Shown: positions 1 to 16,031, counted from the stretch's first letter. The stretch: 55,618 nt of DNA from Chloroflexota bacterium (GCA_021783595.1 JAJXTS010000002.1:1-55618); one strand, 5' to 3'. The notes: generated by a model from the sequence alone, not told the origin. Translations and numbers: made by a program.

Positions 1-414
1 TCCGACCGTGGCCGCCTCCGCGGATGTCAGCGACTCGCCGACCAGGTAGTAGCAGTCGCCGTCGAGCAGCGTGCCGGGCAGGTTGACGCCGAGCAGGAGC
101 ACGACCCTGGACCCGGTCCGGATGTCGCCCGCGCACCAGCCCGTCGTCACCCGTCCGCGGTACTCCGCGCCCGGCGCGATCCCGAAGGCCCGCTCCACTC
201 GGACTCGGGTGACGGTGTGGAAGCCGTATTCGTCAACCGTGAAGGCCTCGACGCGGCCGACCAATGCGGCCCTGGCGTGCGGGGCGGTCGCCGCGAACAC
301 CAGCCCGCCATCACATTCGGCGCTCGCGATTGGTGCCCCGACGTGGGCCGCGCCGATCGCTGCTGGGCCTGCGATCATGGCCGTGAGCAGCGCGCGCCCG
401 ACGAGAATCCGCAC
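1..414 (-). CDS. hypothetical secreted protein, N-terminal part only (gene runs off left edge)
   Basis: Not in the ORF track because it is open at the window edge. My own minus-strand translation from GTG at 414 gives VRILVGRALLTAMIAGPAAIGAAHVGAPIASAECDGG... This has a signal-peptide-like N-terminus and GC3-rich codons. A GAAAGGGGG Shine-Dalgarno-like run lies 7 nt upstream. Confidence 0.4.
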   Translation of the reverse strand, partial: MRILVGRALLTAMIAGPAAIGAAHVGAPIASAECDGGLVFAATAPHARAALVGRVEAFTVDEYGFHTVTRVRVERAFGIAPGAEYRGRVTTGWCAGDIRTGSRVVLLLGVNLPGTLLDGDCYYLVGESLTSAEAATVG

Positions 415-560
415 GTCTGCGCCCCCTTTCGCAACCGTGGCGGGACCCTCTCGACGCACGATGCCGTCGGCGAGTGCCACGTGGCGCGCCGTGTCGCCGA
501 CCGTCGATCAGCCACGGGTGAGGCCCGTATTCGCAGCGCCGCGTGCGCCCGAATGCGCTC

Positions 561-653
561 AGGTACTGCTCTCGCCCGTAGGTGATGCGAATCTAGGCCG
601 AGGACGGGCGCCAGGGCTGTCCAGTACCGCCCTCACCCGTAGGTGAGCGCAAC
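561..653. repeat. two ~32-nt imperfect direct repeats, each carrying a small hairpin (CTCRCC-CGTA-GGTGAK)
   Basis: 561-592 (aggtactgctctcgcccgtaggtgatgcgaa) versus 622-653 (cagtaccgccctcacccgtaggtgagcgcaa). The second copy forms a perfect 6-bp stem with a tetraloop at 632-647, just downstream of the alpha-galactosidase stop codon. Confidence 0.5.
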
Positions 654-662
654 GGACGCGCG

Positions 663-6877
<6,215 letters not shown>

Positions 6878-6881
<4 letters not shown>

Positions 6882-7870
6882 TCGGCCTCCCTCCCCATCG
6901 TCCGGGCGAGGTAGTAGATGATCGGGCCGATCGAGATCAGCAGCAGGATCACCGCCATCGCCGAGCCGAAGCCGATCAGGCTCGCCTCGCCGAGGATGTT
7001 GTTGGTGATCAGCACCGACAGCAGGCCCAGGCCGTTGAGGCCCTTGTTGATGATGTAGACGATGTCGAACGCTCGGAGCGACTCGATGATCGTCACGACC
7101 AGGACGACCACGTTGATCGGCGCGAGGACAGGGAACACCACCCGGAAGAAGGTCTGGCGCGCGTTGGCGCCGTCGATGGCCGCCGCCTCTCGGAGGGTGT
7201 TGTCCACGCTCTTGAGGCCGGCCAGGTACAGCACCATGACGTAGCCGACGTGGCGCCAGCCGGCCGCAACGAGCACCATCGCGAAGTTGAGCCCGGGCGT
7301 GCCCAGCCAGTCGATGGCGGTCCCGGAGGCGGTCCACTTCGGGTCGCCCGTCACCGCGACCAGGAAGTTGTTGATGAAGCCCATGTTGGGCGAGTACATC
7401 AGCTGCGCGATGAAGCCCACGATGGCGAGCGACAGCACGACCGGCATGTACAGGACGCTCTGGTAGATCCGCGTCCCCTTGAGGTTCTGGTCCAGGATCA
7501 CCGCCATCAGCATGCCCAGCGGGGTGGCGATCAGCAGGAACGCGGCCAGCCAGATCAGGTTGTTCTCGAACGCAGGCCAGAACGGCGGGTAGTTGGAGAA
7601 CAGGTTCTCGTAGTTCTTGAACCCGATGAACTTGATCTTGTCGAGGCCGCCGATGCCGTTCCAGCTCGTGAACGACAGGACGATCGAGCCGAGCATGGGC
7701 ATCCAGATCAGGAAGATGTGGATGAACGCCGGGATGCCGACCATCAGCCCGAGGGTCAGCTTGTCCCGCCGGGTGAGGAGGCTGAAGCGTTTGCGACGCT
7801 TCCTGCCTGTCGAAGGCGACGCCCCGCCGGCGGCTGCCGGCGGGGCGGACGGAACGGAGGAGGAGCTCAC
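6878..7870 (-). CDS. carbohydrate ABC transporter permease (MalF/LacF-like)
   Basis: 330-aa multi-TM ORF with the EAAAIDGANARQTFFRVVFPVL permease signature. GTG start with an AGGAA ribosome-binding site. Confidence 0.9.
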
Positions 7871-7909
7871 GGCCGTTCCTGCATTCGGATCAGCGGTTCG
7901 CGCTCAGGG

Positions 7910-9283
7910 TCACTGCGGCGGCAGGCTGTCGTAGAACGACTGGATGCCGCTCAGGAACTTGTTGAGGTCCTGAGTCGGGTTCTTGAGGAAGGTCTGGAGG
8001 AACCCCTGCATGCCGTTGGCGCCCGCGAAGTCGGGGCGGGTGTCGCGGTCAAGGAACTGGGCGATCTTGTTCGCCCCGGCGATGATCGTGGCGCTCGACT
8101 TCTGGAACGCGTTGTACTTGCTCGTGTCGGCGTTCTTGTTGGCGGCGACGTCGTTGGGGTCGGTGGCGAGGTACGTGTTCGCCGCTTCGGCCGAGCCCAG
8201 GAACTCCATCGCGGCCTTGGCGCCGTCGAGGTTCTTGGCCTTCGCGGAGACCATGAACCCGTCGATCGGGGCGTCGATCGCCATCTCGCTGTCGTACTGG
8301 GTGCCGTGGAGCGGCCACGGGAAGAAGTCGAGGTCGTCGTGGGTGGCCTGGTCGCTGGCCTGCTGGCCCGCGAAGGTCCCCAGGAAGTACATCCCGGCCT
8401 GCTTGTTGATCAGCTTCTGGGCGGCCTCCTGCCAGGTCAGGCCGAGCGGCTGCGGGTCGAAGTAGGGCAGCAGCTTCGCCCACTCCTGGAACACCGCGAC
8501 AACCTTGGGATCGGTCCACTTCTCCTTGCCGGCCATCAGGCCGACGTGGAAGTCGTAGCCGTTGAGGCGCATGTTCAGGATGTCGAAGGTGCCCATGGCA
8601 GGCCAGCCGTCCTTGTCGGCGAAAGCCAGCGGGATGAGCCCGTCCTTCTTCATCTGGTCGCCGAGCGCGGTGAAGTCGGCGATCGTCTTGGGGATCTGGT
8701 AGCCCTTCTGCTGCCAGAACGACTTCCGGTAGATGACCACCCACGGGTAGTTGTAGAGCGGCACGAAGTACTGCTTGCCGTCGTTGCCCGTCGAGGCCGT
8801 CTTGAACGCGTCGGAGAAGTTTGCGCCGATCGTCTGCCAGACGTCGCTGATGTCGGTCGCGAGGCCCTGGGCCGCGAAGAACCGCATGCGGTAGCCGGCG
8901 AACCACGTGAAGCAGTCGTCCGGCGTGGCCTGCAGGTACGCGTTGATCGTGTCCTGGAACTTGTTGTGCTCGACCGTGTTGATCGTGCACTGGATGCCCG
9001 TCTTCGCCGTGAAGGCGGCCATCGTGTCCGCGAACGCCTTCTGCGGGACGGGATCCGAGTAGTTCGAGCCGAAGGTGATCGACCCGGCCGCGGACGGGGC
9101 GGCTGCGGACGAGGGGGCAGCCGACGCGGCTGCGGAGGCCGCAGAGGCCGCGGACGGAGCGGGTGTCGAGCTGCTGCTGCCGCAGGCCGCGAGGAACGCG
9201 GAGACGCCGCCGAGTGCCGCGACGGCCGCGCCACCCTTCAACAGCGTCCGGCGCGAGACGGACCGCTGGACAAGATCAGCCAT
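7910..9283 (-). CDS. ABC transporter extracellular sugar-binding lipoprotein
   Basis: 457-aa ORF. The N-terminus SRRTLLKGGAAVAALGGVSAFLAACGSS has Tat-like and lipobox features. A Ser/Ala-rich linker precedes the solute-binding fold. Strong AGAGGAGGA ribosome-binding site. Confidence 0.9.
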   Translation of the reverse strand: MADLVQRSVSRRTLLKGGAAVAALGGVSAFLAACGSSSSTPAPSAASAASAAASAAPSSAAAPSAAGSITFGSNYSDPVPQKAFADTMAAFTAKTGIQCTINTVEHNKFQDTINAYLQATPDDCFTWFAGYRMRFFAAQGLATDISDVWQTIGANFSDAFKTASTGNDGKQYFVPLYNYPWVVIYRKSFWQQKGYQIPKTIADFTALGDQMKKDGLIPLAFADKDGWPAMGTFDILNMRLNGYDFHVGLMAGKEKWTDPKVVAVFQEWAKLLPYFDPQPLGLTWQEAAQKLINKQAGMYFLGTFAGQQASDQATHDDLDFFPWPLHGTQYDSEMAIDAPIDGFMVSAKAKNLDGAKAAMEFLGSAEAANTYLATDPNDVAANKNADTSKYNAFQKSSATIIAGANKIAQFLDRDTRPDFAGANGMQGFLQTFLKNPTQDLNKFLSGIQSFYDSLPPQ

Positions 9284-9342
9284 GTGGATCCTCCTCTATG
9301 GCGCCCTCGCGCATGTCCGTGCCGGGGCGGGCCACGATCGGG

Positions 9343-9372
9343 ATTGTTGCGACGTGCTCGCTCGATTGTCAA
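9343..9372 (-). promoter_or_regulatory. candidate promoter of the sugar-uptake/galactosidase operon (TTGACA-18-AACAAT)
   Basis: Minus strand reads TTGACA (9372-9367), an 18-nt spacer, then AACAAT (9348-9343). It sits in a locally AT-richer divergent intergenic region. Confidence 0.35.
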
Positions 9373-9389
9373 GAGACTCGCACCCGATC

Positions 9390-9407
9390 CAACAGGGGTT
9401 TCTGTTG
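9390..9407. promoter_or_regulatory. palindromic operator candidate CAACAG-N6-CTGTTG
   Basis: Perfect 6-bp inverted repeat between the two divergent promoter candidates of the deoR and sugar-binding-protein genes. Confidence 0.35.
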
Positions 9408-9414
9408 ATCTGCG

Positions 9415-9444
9415 TTGACTTTCGTCGTCGGACGGGGCGATCAT
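9415..9444 (+). promoter_or_regulatory. candidate deoR-family gene promoter (TTGACT-18-GATCAT)
   Basis: TTGACT at 9415-9420 and GATCAT at 9439-9444, about 70 nt upstream of ATG 9516. Confidence 0.3.
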
Positions 9445-9515
9445 GCGTGGTGTCGGCCGATGTCCGCCGCCGCGGATGGCCCGAGGCAGGGCCGACGCGA
9501 AGCAGGAGCGGAGGC

Positions 9516-10361
9516 ATGCTCGCTCGCCAGCGCCAGGCGCTGATCCTGGACCGGGTCCGACAGGTCGGGGCGGTCCGGGTCGCGGACCTCGTCCGCGATC
9601 TCGAGGTCTCGGACATGACCGTCCGTCGCGACCTCGAGGTGCTCCACGAGCAGGGCCTCCTCGAGAAGGTCCACGGCGGGGCCACCGCCCCGGCACGCTT
9701 CGCCTCCTTCGAGCCCGGCTTCGTCGCCAAGGCCGCCCTGCAGCAGAACGAGAAGAGCGCCATCGCCGCCGAGGCCACCAAGCTGGTCCAGCCGGGCATG
9801 GCGCTCGGCCTCTCGGCGGGCACGACCACGTATGCGCTTGCCGGGCTGATCGCGGACATCCCCGGCATCACCGTGGTCACCAACTCGCTCCAGGTGTCCG
9901 AGGTCCTCAACCGCTCCCGCGCCCAGAACCAGACCGTCATCCTCACGGGCGGCGTCCGGACGCCGTCGGAAGCCCTCGTTGGCCCGTTCGCCATCTCCCA
10001 GCTGCGCAGCGTCCACCTGGACCTGGTGTTCATGGGCGCGCACGGCCTCGATGCCAAGGCCGGCTACACGTGCCCGAACCTCATGGAGGCGGACACCGAC
10101 CGTGCGCTGATCGAGGCGGGCCGGCGGCTGGTGGTGGTGGCCGATCACAGCAAGTGGGGCGTGGTCGGCATCGCGTCGATCGCGCGCCTGGACGAGGCGA
10201 ACGTGCTGATCACCGACGAGGGGATCGACCCGGAGGCCCTGGGCGTGATGCGGGAGGCCGTGGCCGACGTCATCGTCGCCCGCGTGCCCGAGGCAGCTCG
10301 CGCGGTCGGGCCGTTCCTGGTGTCCCCCAGCGCCCGCGAGGTTGCCGCCCGTGCCCACTGA
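9516..10361 (+). CDS. DeoR family transcriptional regulator
   Basis: Internal ATG of ORF 9075..10361 preceded by AGGAGCGGAGG. N-terminal helix-turn-helix (HTH) sequence: MLARQRQALILDRVRQVGAVRVADLVRDLEVSDMTVRRDLEVL. DeoR C-terminal sugar-phosphate-binding domain is present. Confidence 0.88.
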   Translation: MLARQRQALILDRVRQVGAVRVADLVRDLEVSDMTVRRDLEVLHEQGLLEKVHGGATAPARFASFEPGFVAKAALQQNEKSAIAAEATKLVQPGMALGLSAGTTTYALAGLIADIPGITVVTNSLQVSEVLNRSRAQNQTVILTGGVRTPSEALVGPFAISQLRSVHLDLVFMGAHGLDAKAGYTCPNLMEADTDRALIEAGRRLVVVADHSKWGVVGIASIARLDEANVLITDEGIDPEALGVMREAVADVIVARVPEAARAVGPFLVSPSAREVAARAH

Positions 10362-11397
10362 ACCGCGCCGCCCTGATGACGGGGCGCTCGCGTCGCTCGA
10401 CGCCGAGCCGCACCGCCGCCGCAACGCCCTGACCGGCGAGTGGGTGCTCGTCTCGGCGGGGCGGACCAGGCGGCCGTGGCTGGGGGCCGAGGAGCCGGAG
10501 CCGCCGGAGGACCGGCCCGCCTTCGACCCGGGCTGCTACCTGTGCCCCGGCAACACGCGCGTGAGCGGCGACGTCAACCCCGCGTACGCCACGACGTTCG
10601 TGTTCACCAACGACTTCGCGGCCCTCCGGCCGGACACCGCCGACGCGCGGCTGGGCGAGGGGCTGTTCCGCGCGGAGGGCACGCGCGGGACCTGCCGCGT
10701 CGTGTGCTTCTCGCCCCGCCACGACATCACCCTCGCCGGCATGGACGCGGACTCCATCCGCCGGGTGGTGGACGTGTGGGCCGACCAGACCACCGAGCTG
10801 GGGTCGCGCTACCGGTGGGTCCAGGCGTTCGAGAACCGCGGCGCGGCGATGGGCGCGTCCAACCCCCATCCCCACGGCCAGATCTGGGCCGGCGACGCGC
10901 TCCCGGTGGAGGCATCGCTCGAGCTCGACGCGCAGTCCCGCCACCATGCCGAGACCGGTCGGCGGCTGCTCGTGGACTACGCCGCGGCGGAGCGGGGCGG
11001 ACCTCGCGTGATCCGGGACGCCGACGGCTGGCTGACGCTGGTCCCGTTCTGGGCGGGCTGGCCCTTCGAGGCGATGATCGTGCCGATCGAGACCGCCGCC
11101 CGGCTGGCCGATCTGGACGACGCCCGCCGTGACGCCCTGGCCCTTGCGCTCCAGGACCTCAACCGCCGCTACGACGCCCTGTTCGGCCGCCCGTTCCCGT
11201 TCTCGATGGGCTGGCACCAGGCGCCGTTCGGCGAGGGCGACCCGGCTGTCTGGCAGCTGCACGCGCACTTCTACCCGCCGCTGCTCCGAGCCTCGGTGCG
11301 CAAGTTCATGGTGGGCTACGAGCTGCTCTCCGAGCCCCAGCGCGACCTCACGCCCGAGGAGGCGGCCGAGCGCCTGCGGGAGGCGACGACGGCCTGA
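10342..11397 (+). CDS. galT: galactose-1-phosphate uridylyltransferase
   Basis: 351-aa ORF with the CYLCPGN zinc motif and HPHGQIW active-site His-Pro-His. The start (TTG 10342 or GTG 10351) overlaps the end of deoR. Confidence 0.9.
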   Translation: MPPVPTEPRRPDDGALASLDAEPHRRRNALTGEWVLVSAGRTRRPWLGAEEPEPPEDRPAFDPGCYLCPGNTRVSGDVNPAYATTFVFTNDFAALRPDTADARLGEGLFRAEGTRGTCRVVCFSPRHDITLAGMDADSIRRVVDVWADQTTELGSRYRWVQAFENRGAAMGASNPHPHGQIWAGDALPVEASLELDAQSRHHAETGRRLLVDYAAAERGGPRVIRDADGWLTLVPFWAGWPFEAMIVPIETAARLADLDDARRDALALALQDLNRRYDALFGRPFPFSMGWHQAPFGEGDPAVWQLHAHFYPPLLRASVRKFMVGYELLSEPQRDLTPEEAAERLREATTA

Positions 11398-11503
11398 CGT
11401 CCGGGCGCGGGGGTCCCGCCGCGACCGGTCCCCGCGCCGCGCGCCACGCCCGGCACCACGCCCGGTACGATGGCCGCAGGCACTCCCCCTCAAAGGAGGC
11501 ACG

Positions 11504-12925
11504 ATGCGGCTCTGGGGCGGACGGTTCGGCGACGGACCCGACTCGCGGATGGCGGACTTCACGCGGTCGATCGAGGTGGACGCAGAGCTGGCGCTCGACG
11601 ACATCGCCGGCTCGATCGCGCACGTGCGCGGCCTCGCCCGGGCGGGCCTGCTGACGGCCGAGGAGTCGGAGACGCTCGAGCGGGGCCTGGCGGGCCTGCG
11701 CGAGGACGTGGCGGGCGGGGCCGTGGCGTGGGACCCGGCGCTCGAGGACGTCCACATGAACCTCGAGACGCTCCTGACCGAGCGCGTCGGCGCCGTGGGC
11801 GGCAAGCTGCACACGGGGCGCTCCCGCAACGACCAGGTGGTGACGGACCTTCGCCTGTGGACTCGTCGTGCCGTGACCATGCTCGACAGCGGGATGGTTG
11901 ATCTCGAGCGGTCGCTGGTGGACCTCGCGGACCGCGAGGGCGATGCGGTCCTCCCCGGCGCGACGCACATCCAGCCGGCCCAGCCGGTCCTGTTCGCCCA
12001 CCACCTTCTCGCCTACGTGGAGATGCTCGAGCGCGACCGGGGCAGGCTCGCGGATGCGCGCCGCCGGCTCAACGTGTCGCCGCTCGGCGCGGGCGCCCTG
12101 GCTGGCGCCGGCTACCCGCTGGACCGCGAGGCCACCGCGGCGGAGCTTGGCTTCGACGGCGTGACTGCCAACTCGCTCGACGCGGTCTCGGACCGCGACT
12201 TCGTGGTGGAGGTGCTGGCGGCGGTGTCGCTCGCGATGGTCCACCTCTCGCGGCTGGGCGAGGAGGTCACCTGGTGGTCGAACCCGCGCTTCGGGTTCGT
12301 GCGCGTGGCGGACGCGTTCTCCACCGGCTCCTCGATGATGCCCAACAAGAAGAACCCCGACCCGGCCGAGCTGGTTCGGGGGCGCACGGCCGGGGTGATC
12401 GGCGCGCTCGCGGGCATGCTGACGCTGGTGAAGGGCCTGCCGCTCGCCTACCAGCGGGACCTCCAGGAGGACAAGCCCGCGTTCTTCGCGGCCATCCGCA
12501 CGCTCGACGCCTCGCTCTCGGTCATGTCGGGCCTCGTCGCCACGCTGACGGTCAACCGCGAGCGGATGCGCACGGCCGCCGAGGAGGGCTACACCACCGC
12601 CACCGCGCTCGCCGACGCGCTCGTCCGGCGCGGCGTCCCGTTCCGCGCGGCCCACCACATCGTGGGCGGCCTCGTGGGCGGGGCCGAGGCCGAGGGGATC
12701 GGCTCGCTCGCCGCCCTCCCGGACGAGGCGTTCCGCGCCGCGCTCGACGGCTCGGACGACGCGGCGGCCCGGCGGCTGGCGCACGAGCGGGGGATCGTCC
12801 CCGCACTCCGGTCCGCCGCCAGCGTGGAGGGGTCGCTGGCCTCGGCAGACGTGGTCGGCGGGACGGCCCCCCACCGGGTGGCGGCGGCGCTGGCCGCAGC
12901 GAAGGCACGGCTCGGGCTCGAGTAG
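11504..12925 (+). CDS. argH: argininosuccinate lyase
   Basis: Internal ATG of ORF 11129..12925 preceded by AAAGGAGG. Starts MRLWGGRFGDGPD... and carries the lyase signature GSSMMPNKKNPD. Confidence 0.93.
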   Translation: MRLWGGRFGDGPDSRMADFTRSIEVDAELALDDIAGSIAHVRGLARAGLLTAEESETLERGLAGLREDVAGGAVAWDPALEDVHMNLETLLTERVGAVGGKLHTGRSRNDQVVTDLRLWTRRAVTMLDSGMVDLERSLVDLADREGDAVLPGATHIQPAQPVLFAHHLLAYVEMLERDRGRLADARRRLNVSPLGAGALAGAGYPLDREATAAELGFDGVTANSLDAVSDRDFVVEVLAAVSLAMVHLSRLGEEVTWWSNPRFGFVRVADAFSTGSSMMPNKKNPDPAELVRGRTAGVIGALAGMLTLVKGLPLAYQRDLQEDKPAFFAAIRTLDASLSVMSGLVATLTVNRERMRTAAEEGYTTATALADALVRRGVPFRAAHHIVGGLVGGAEAEGIGSLAALPDEAFRAALDGSDDAAARRLAHERGIVPALRSAASVEGSLASADVVGGTAPHRVAAALAAAKARLGLE

Positions 12926-12988
12926 CCCGGGCCCCGTGGCCCCCCCGGCCGGGGCCGGGGCCGCGGGGGAGAGCGCCCGCCGCGGGTC

Positions 12989-13086
12989 TCAGGCTGCGGG
13001 CAGCGCCACCATGAACCGCGAGCCGCCGTAGCCGTTCCGCTCGATCCAGACGCGTCCGCCCATGGCCTCCATCAGCCGCCGGGCGG
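12989..13086 (-). pseudogene. histidine-kinase 3'-end fragment (32 codons plus stop), paralogous copy of 16032..16129
   Basis: 12996..13086 matches 16039..16129 at 87/91 nt. It translates to ARRLMEAMGGRVWIERNGYGGSRFMVALPAA*, compared with the intact kinase ...AARRLMEAMGGRVWIERNGYGGSRFMVALPAM*. There is no similarity further upstream. Confidence 0.65.
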
Positions 13087-13098
13087 TCGTCGAGGTTC

Positions 13099-13912
13099 GT
13101 GCGCATGCACTGCGGCCTCCCGCTGGAAAGCGAGCTCGCTTGGCGCTCGTTCCGCTGGTTCACCGAGTCGCAGGACCGCGTGGGCGCCGGCGATCCCGGG
13201 TACGTGCGCACCGGCTTCGTCCAGCCCGTGGGACCGGGCCCTGCGGATGCGCTCCGCGCCAACGTCGCCAACCAGCGGGCACTGGCGATCGCCACGCAGG
13301 TGGCGGGCCCCGGCGCCCTCTTTGGGATCATCCCGGGAATGGTGGTGGACGACGCGGGCGCCGCCGCCTTCGAGCCGCTCAGCGGCTAGGCTGGGCGGAC
13401 CCGAGCGCGACCACGGCTGCTGCTCGCCGCCGCTCGGCGACTGGGGTCGGCCTCTCAAGGAACGGCGTGCGGGTGACCGGCGTGCTCCTGGTGCGTGACC
13501 GGACGGCCGTCGTGGCGATCCTGTGGAGCCGTGGCGGCACGACACGGCGTTCTGCGGCCTGTCGGCCGCGCGCCATCCGCGAGCACGATCGTGCTGGACC
13601 ACCCGCGCGCGGCGTGCGTCCGCCCCAGGGGCGTGGACGGCCGACGGCGACTTGAGGGCTGGCAACAAGGGTTGAGACGGGATGACTCCGCCCAGGTTGC
13701 CATCCTGGGTCCTGCCGGTCGGAGGGGTTCTTCCTCGACTGCGGGCACTCGGGCTCGGGGTTCAAGACCGCTCTGCCGATTGGGCAGTGCCTGGCAGCGG
13801 GGATCCTCGACGGGAGGCGGCGATCGCGGACGTCCGGCCGTTCGCGCTCGAGCGCCTCGGCGCCGGGCGGCCGCTGGCGGGCGAGCAACCCTTCGGGTCG
13901 ATCTGGCGGTAG
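13099..13912 (+). pseudogene. FAD-dependent oxidoreductase (DAO / sarcosine-oxidase-beta-like) pseudogene, N-terminally truncated and frameshifted
   Basis: DAO-family segments are spread over three frames: YVRTGFVQPV...GIIPGMVVDDAGAAAFEPLSG*, then GWADPSATT...GVRVTGV, then EGFFLDCGHSGSGFKTALPIGQCLAAGILDG, then ...DVRPFALERLGAG. No GxGxxG N-terminus is present. Confidence 0.55.
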
Positions 13913-14010
13913 TCCGCGCGCGAGCCGCGACGCGGGCCTGCGGTGGCCCTGACAACGAGAACGGGGAGAGCCGGCGGCCCTCCCCGTTCCTGACTGCGGC
14001 AGGACGCCCG

Positions 14011-15834
14011 TCAGGGGTTGACGTGGGTGATCTGCGTGGCCCAGTTGGCGAACAGCGTGCGCGTCGCGGACGTCGTCTCGTTGGCGAGCCAGATCGAGCC
14101 GTCCGTATCGACCACGGCCGCGCCGTAGTCGCCCCAGCGGGCGACGCCGGTGTGGCCGTTCGGCCGCCCGTTCTTCGACACGCCCAGGTAGCCGGTGAAG
14201 CCGTCGTCGGCGACCGGTCCGGCCTGCGAGATGTGCAGCGGCCCGAAGCCCGCGCCGTCGAACATGGCGTACGCGGTGGACGGGTGCATGTCGAGGCCCG
14301 TGATCGTGACGCCGATGGCGCCCTTGCCGTCGGAGTTGACGCCGAAGGCCGGGAACAGGAGGCTCTCGCCGCTGACCGCCAGGTAGCCCTGGTTGGCCAT
14401 GCTGCCGTCCGTGGGGTTGACGACGAACCAGGCGATCCCCGTCTGGACCGTGCCCTGGGCGGGCTTCACGACCGAGTTGAGCGCCCCGTAGAGCTTGCCG
14501 CCCGCGTAGACGACCTCGTTCATGCGATCGTCGTTGCTGTTGAGCAGCTCCGTGCGGTAGGCCGCGCGGTCGAACAGGGCGCCGTACAGCGCGAGCTGCG
14601 GGTTGATGCTGAGGTAGTCGCGCAGCGGGAACGGCCCGGTGTTGGACTGCTGGGCCGCCGGCGGCTGCCCGTAGACCTCGCTACCGATGACCTTGCCGGT
14701 CAGGGCCAGGCTCGGCGCGGCGGTCCCCAGGGTGTTGGTGCCGGTGAGCGTCCACAGGGCGATCCGGTTGTCCAGCGTGGCGTTGAAGTCGAGCGCCGAC
14801 AGGAAGTACTCGGTGTCGGCCACGTCGGTCGTGCCTGGCACGGTCTTGGCCGGCTGGAGCGAGTAGGGGATGCCGTCGAAGCCGGCCGGCGCGGAGACCG
14901 GCACGTTGACGACGTCGACCGACTCCGCGCCGCTCTCGAGCTGCGACTTGGACATCGCGTAGACCTGCGCCCCGTTGAAGCCGGGGCCGAACAGCTGGAA
15001 GCTGTTGGTCGTCACGTAGAAGCCGTTGGCGTCGGCGCCGATCAGCGGCTGGTCGGGCAGGCACGGGCAGCCCGCGCCGTCGTTGGTGGTGCCGAGCTTG
15101 TAGACGTTCCACGCACCGGTCGGGTCGCCCGTGGCGCTGACTGCGAGGAGCACGCTGGTGCCGCCACTGAAGGCGCCAGTCGTCGAGACGACGTCCGCCT
15201 GGAGCAGCGACAGGATGAAGTGCCCGCTGTCGTAGAGGCACTTCGGGTCGCTCGTGAAGTCGCCGTAGGTCAGGGTCGTCCGGTCGATCTCCGGCGCCAG
15301 CCCGAACAGCTGGTTGAGCGCCTCCGGCCCGGCCAGCTGGTTGCCGCTCTTGTCGTAGACCGCGATCGCGGTGTTGACCGACTCGACGATGTACCCGCCG
15401 CCCACGCACAGCGCCTGGTCGGGCGGCTCGAGGCTGAACTGGGTGCCGGCATAGGTCCCGTCGCCGGCGAGCCGCTGGTCGGCGTGGTTGAGGCCCGAGA
15501 ACGTGCCCACCATCTCGGTGCCGGGCGCGGCGAGTCCGTTGTCGGCCACCTTGGGCACGCCGTTGGCGGGGATGCGGGCCGCGCTCAGGCCGGAGTTGGG
15601 GATGCTCTCGTCGACGGTCTGGCCGGCCGGCGAGAACTCAGTGGCCGTGTTGCCCGTGCCGGTCGAGCCGGAGCCGGTCGCCCGGAGGCTCGTGCTGCCG
15701 AGGTAGGCCAGGTGGGAGATGGAGACGCCAGGGCTGGCGGCGGACGCCGTGACGGCTCCCACCGGCCCGAACGTGGCCAGCATTGAGGCTGCGGCGAGCA
15801 GCGTGAGCGAGAGGCGCAGCGGCCTCCGATTCAT
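14011..15834 (-). CDS. secreted hypothetical protein (607 aa), function unknown
   Basis: ORF 14011..16269 trimmed to ATG 15834, which is preceded by GAAGGAGGG. Signal peptide: MNRRPLRLSLTLLAAASMLATFGPVGAVTASAAS. GC3-rich throughout. I recognise no named domain. Confidence 0.8.
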   Translation of the reverse strand: MNRRPLRLSLTLLAAASMLATFGPVGAVTASAASPGVSISHLAYLGSTSLRATGSGSTGTGNTATEFSPAGQTVDESIPNSGLSAARIPANGVPKVADNGLAAPGTEMVGTFSGLNHADQRLAGDGTYAGTQFSLEPPDQALCVGGGYIVESVNTAIAVYDKSGNQLAGPEALNQLFGLAPEIDRTTLTYGDFTSDPKCLYDSGHFILSLLQADVVSTTGAFSGGTSVLLAVSATGDPTGAWNVYKLGTTNDGAGCPCLPDQPLIGADANGFYVTTNSFQLFGPGFNGAQVYAMSKSQLESGAESVDVVNVPVSAPAGFDGIPYSLQPAKTVPGTTDVADTEYFLSALDFNATLDNRIALWTLTGTNTLGTAAPSLALTGKVIGSEVYGQPPAAQQSNTGPFPLRDYLSINPQLALYGALFDRAAYRTELLNSNDDRMNEVVYAGGKLYGALNSVVKPAQGTVQTGIAWFVVNPTDGSMANQGYLAVSGESLLFPAFGVNSDGKGAIGVTITGLDMHPSTAYAMFDGAGFGPLHISQAGPVADDGFTGYLGVSKNGRPNGHTGVARWGDYGAAVVDTDGSIWLANETTSATRTLFANWATQITHVNP

Positions 15835-16031
15835 GCGATAGCCCTCCTTCATCGGCGTGCGCCGACACAGGGGGTCGCTTCCTCCGCGACCCGATGCGGG
15901 CACACTAGTCGATCCGGCGCCAAGATGGCGCTTTGATGGCGCTTTCGGGGTTGTGCCGGGCGGCCGCGGTGGTGCACGTACGCACCACAAACCGCTGCGG
16001 GCGAGGCGCGCCGCCAACAGCCGAGCCCGGC

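Noticed and set aside
13495-15786. 763-aa plus-strand ORF
   Set aside because: It is antisense to the well-supported secreted-protein gene, which has a signal peptide, a ribosome-binding site and GC3 bias. The composition is a GC artefact. Only its first ~300 nt overlap the DAO pseudogene, in a different frame.
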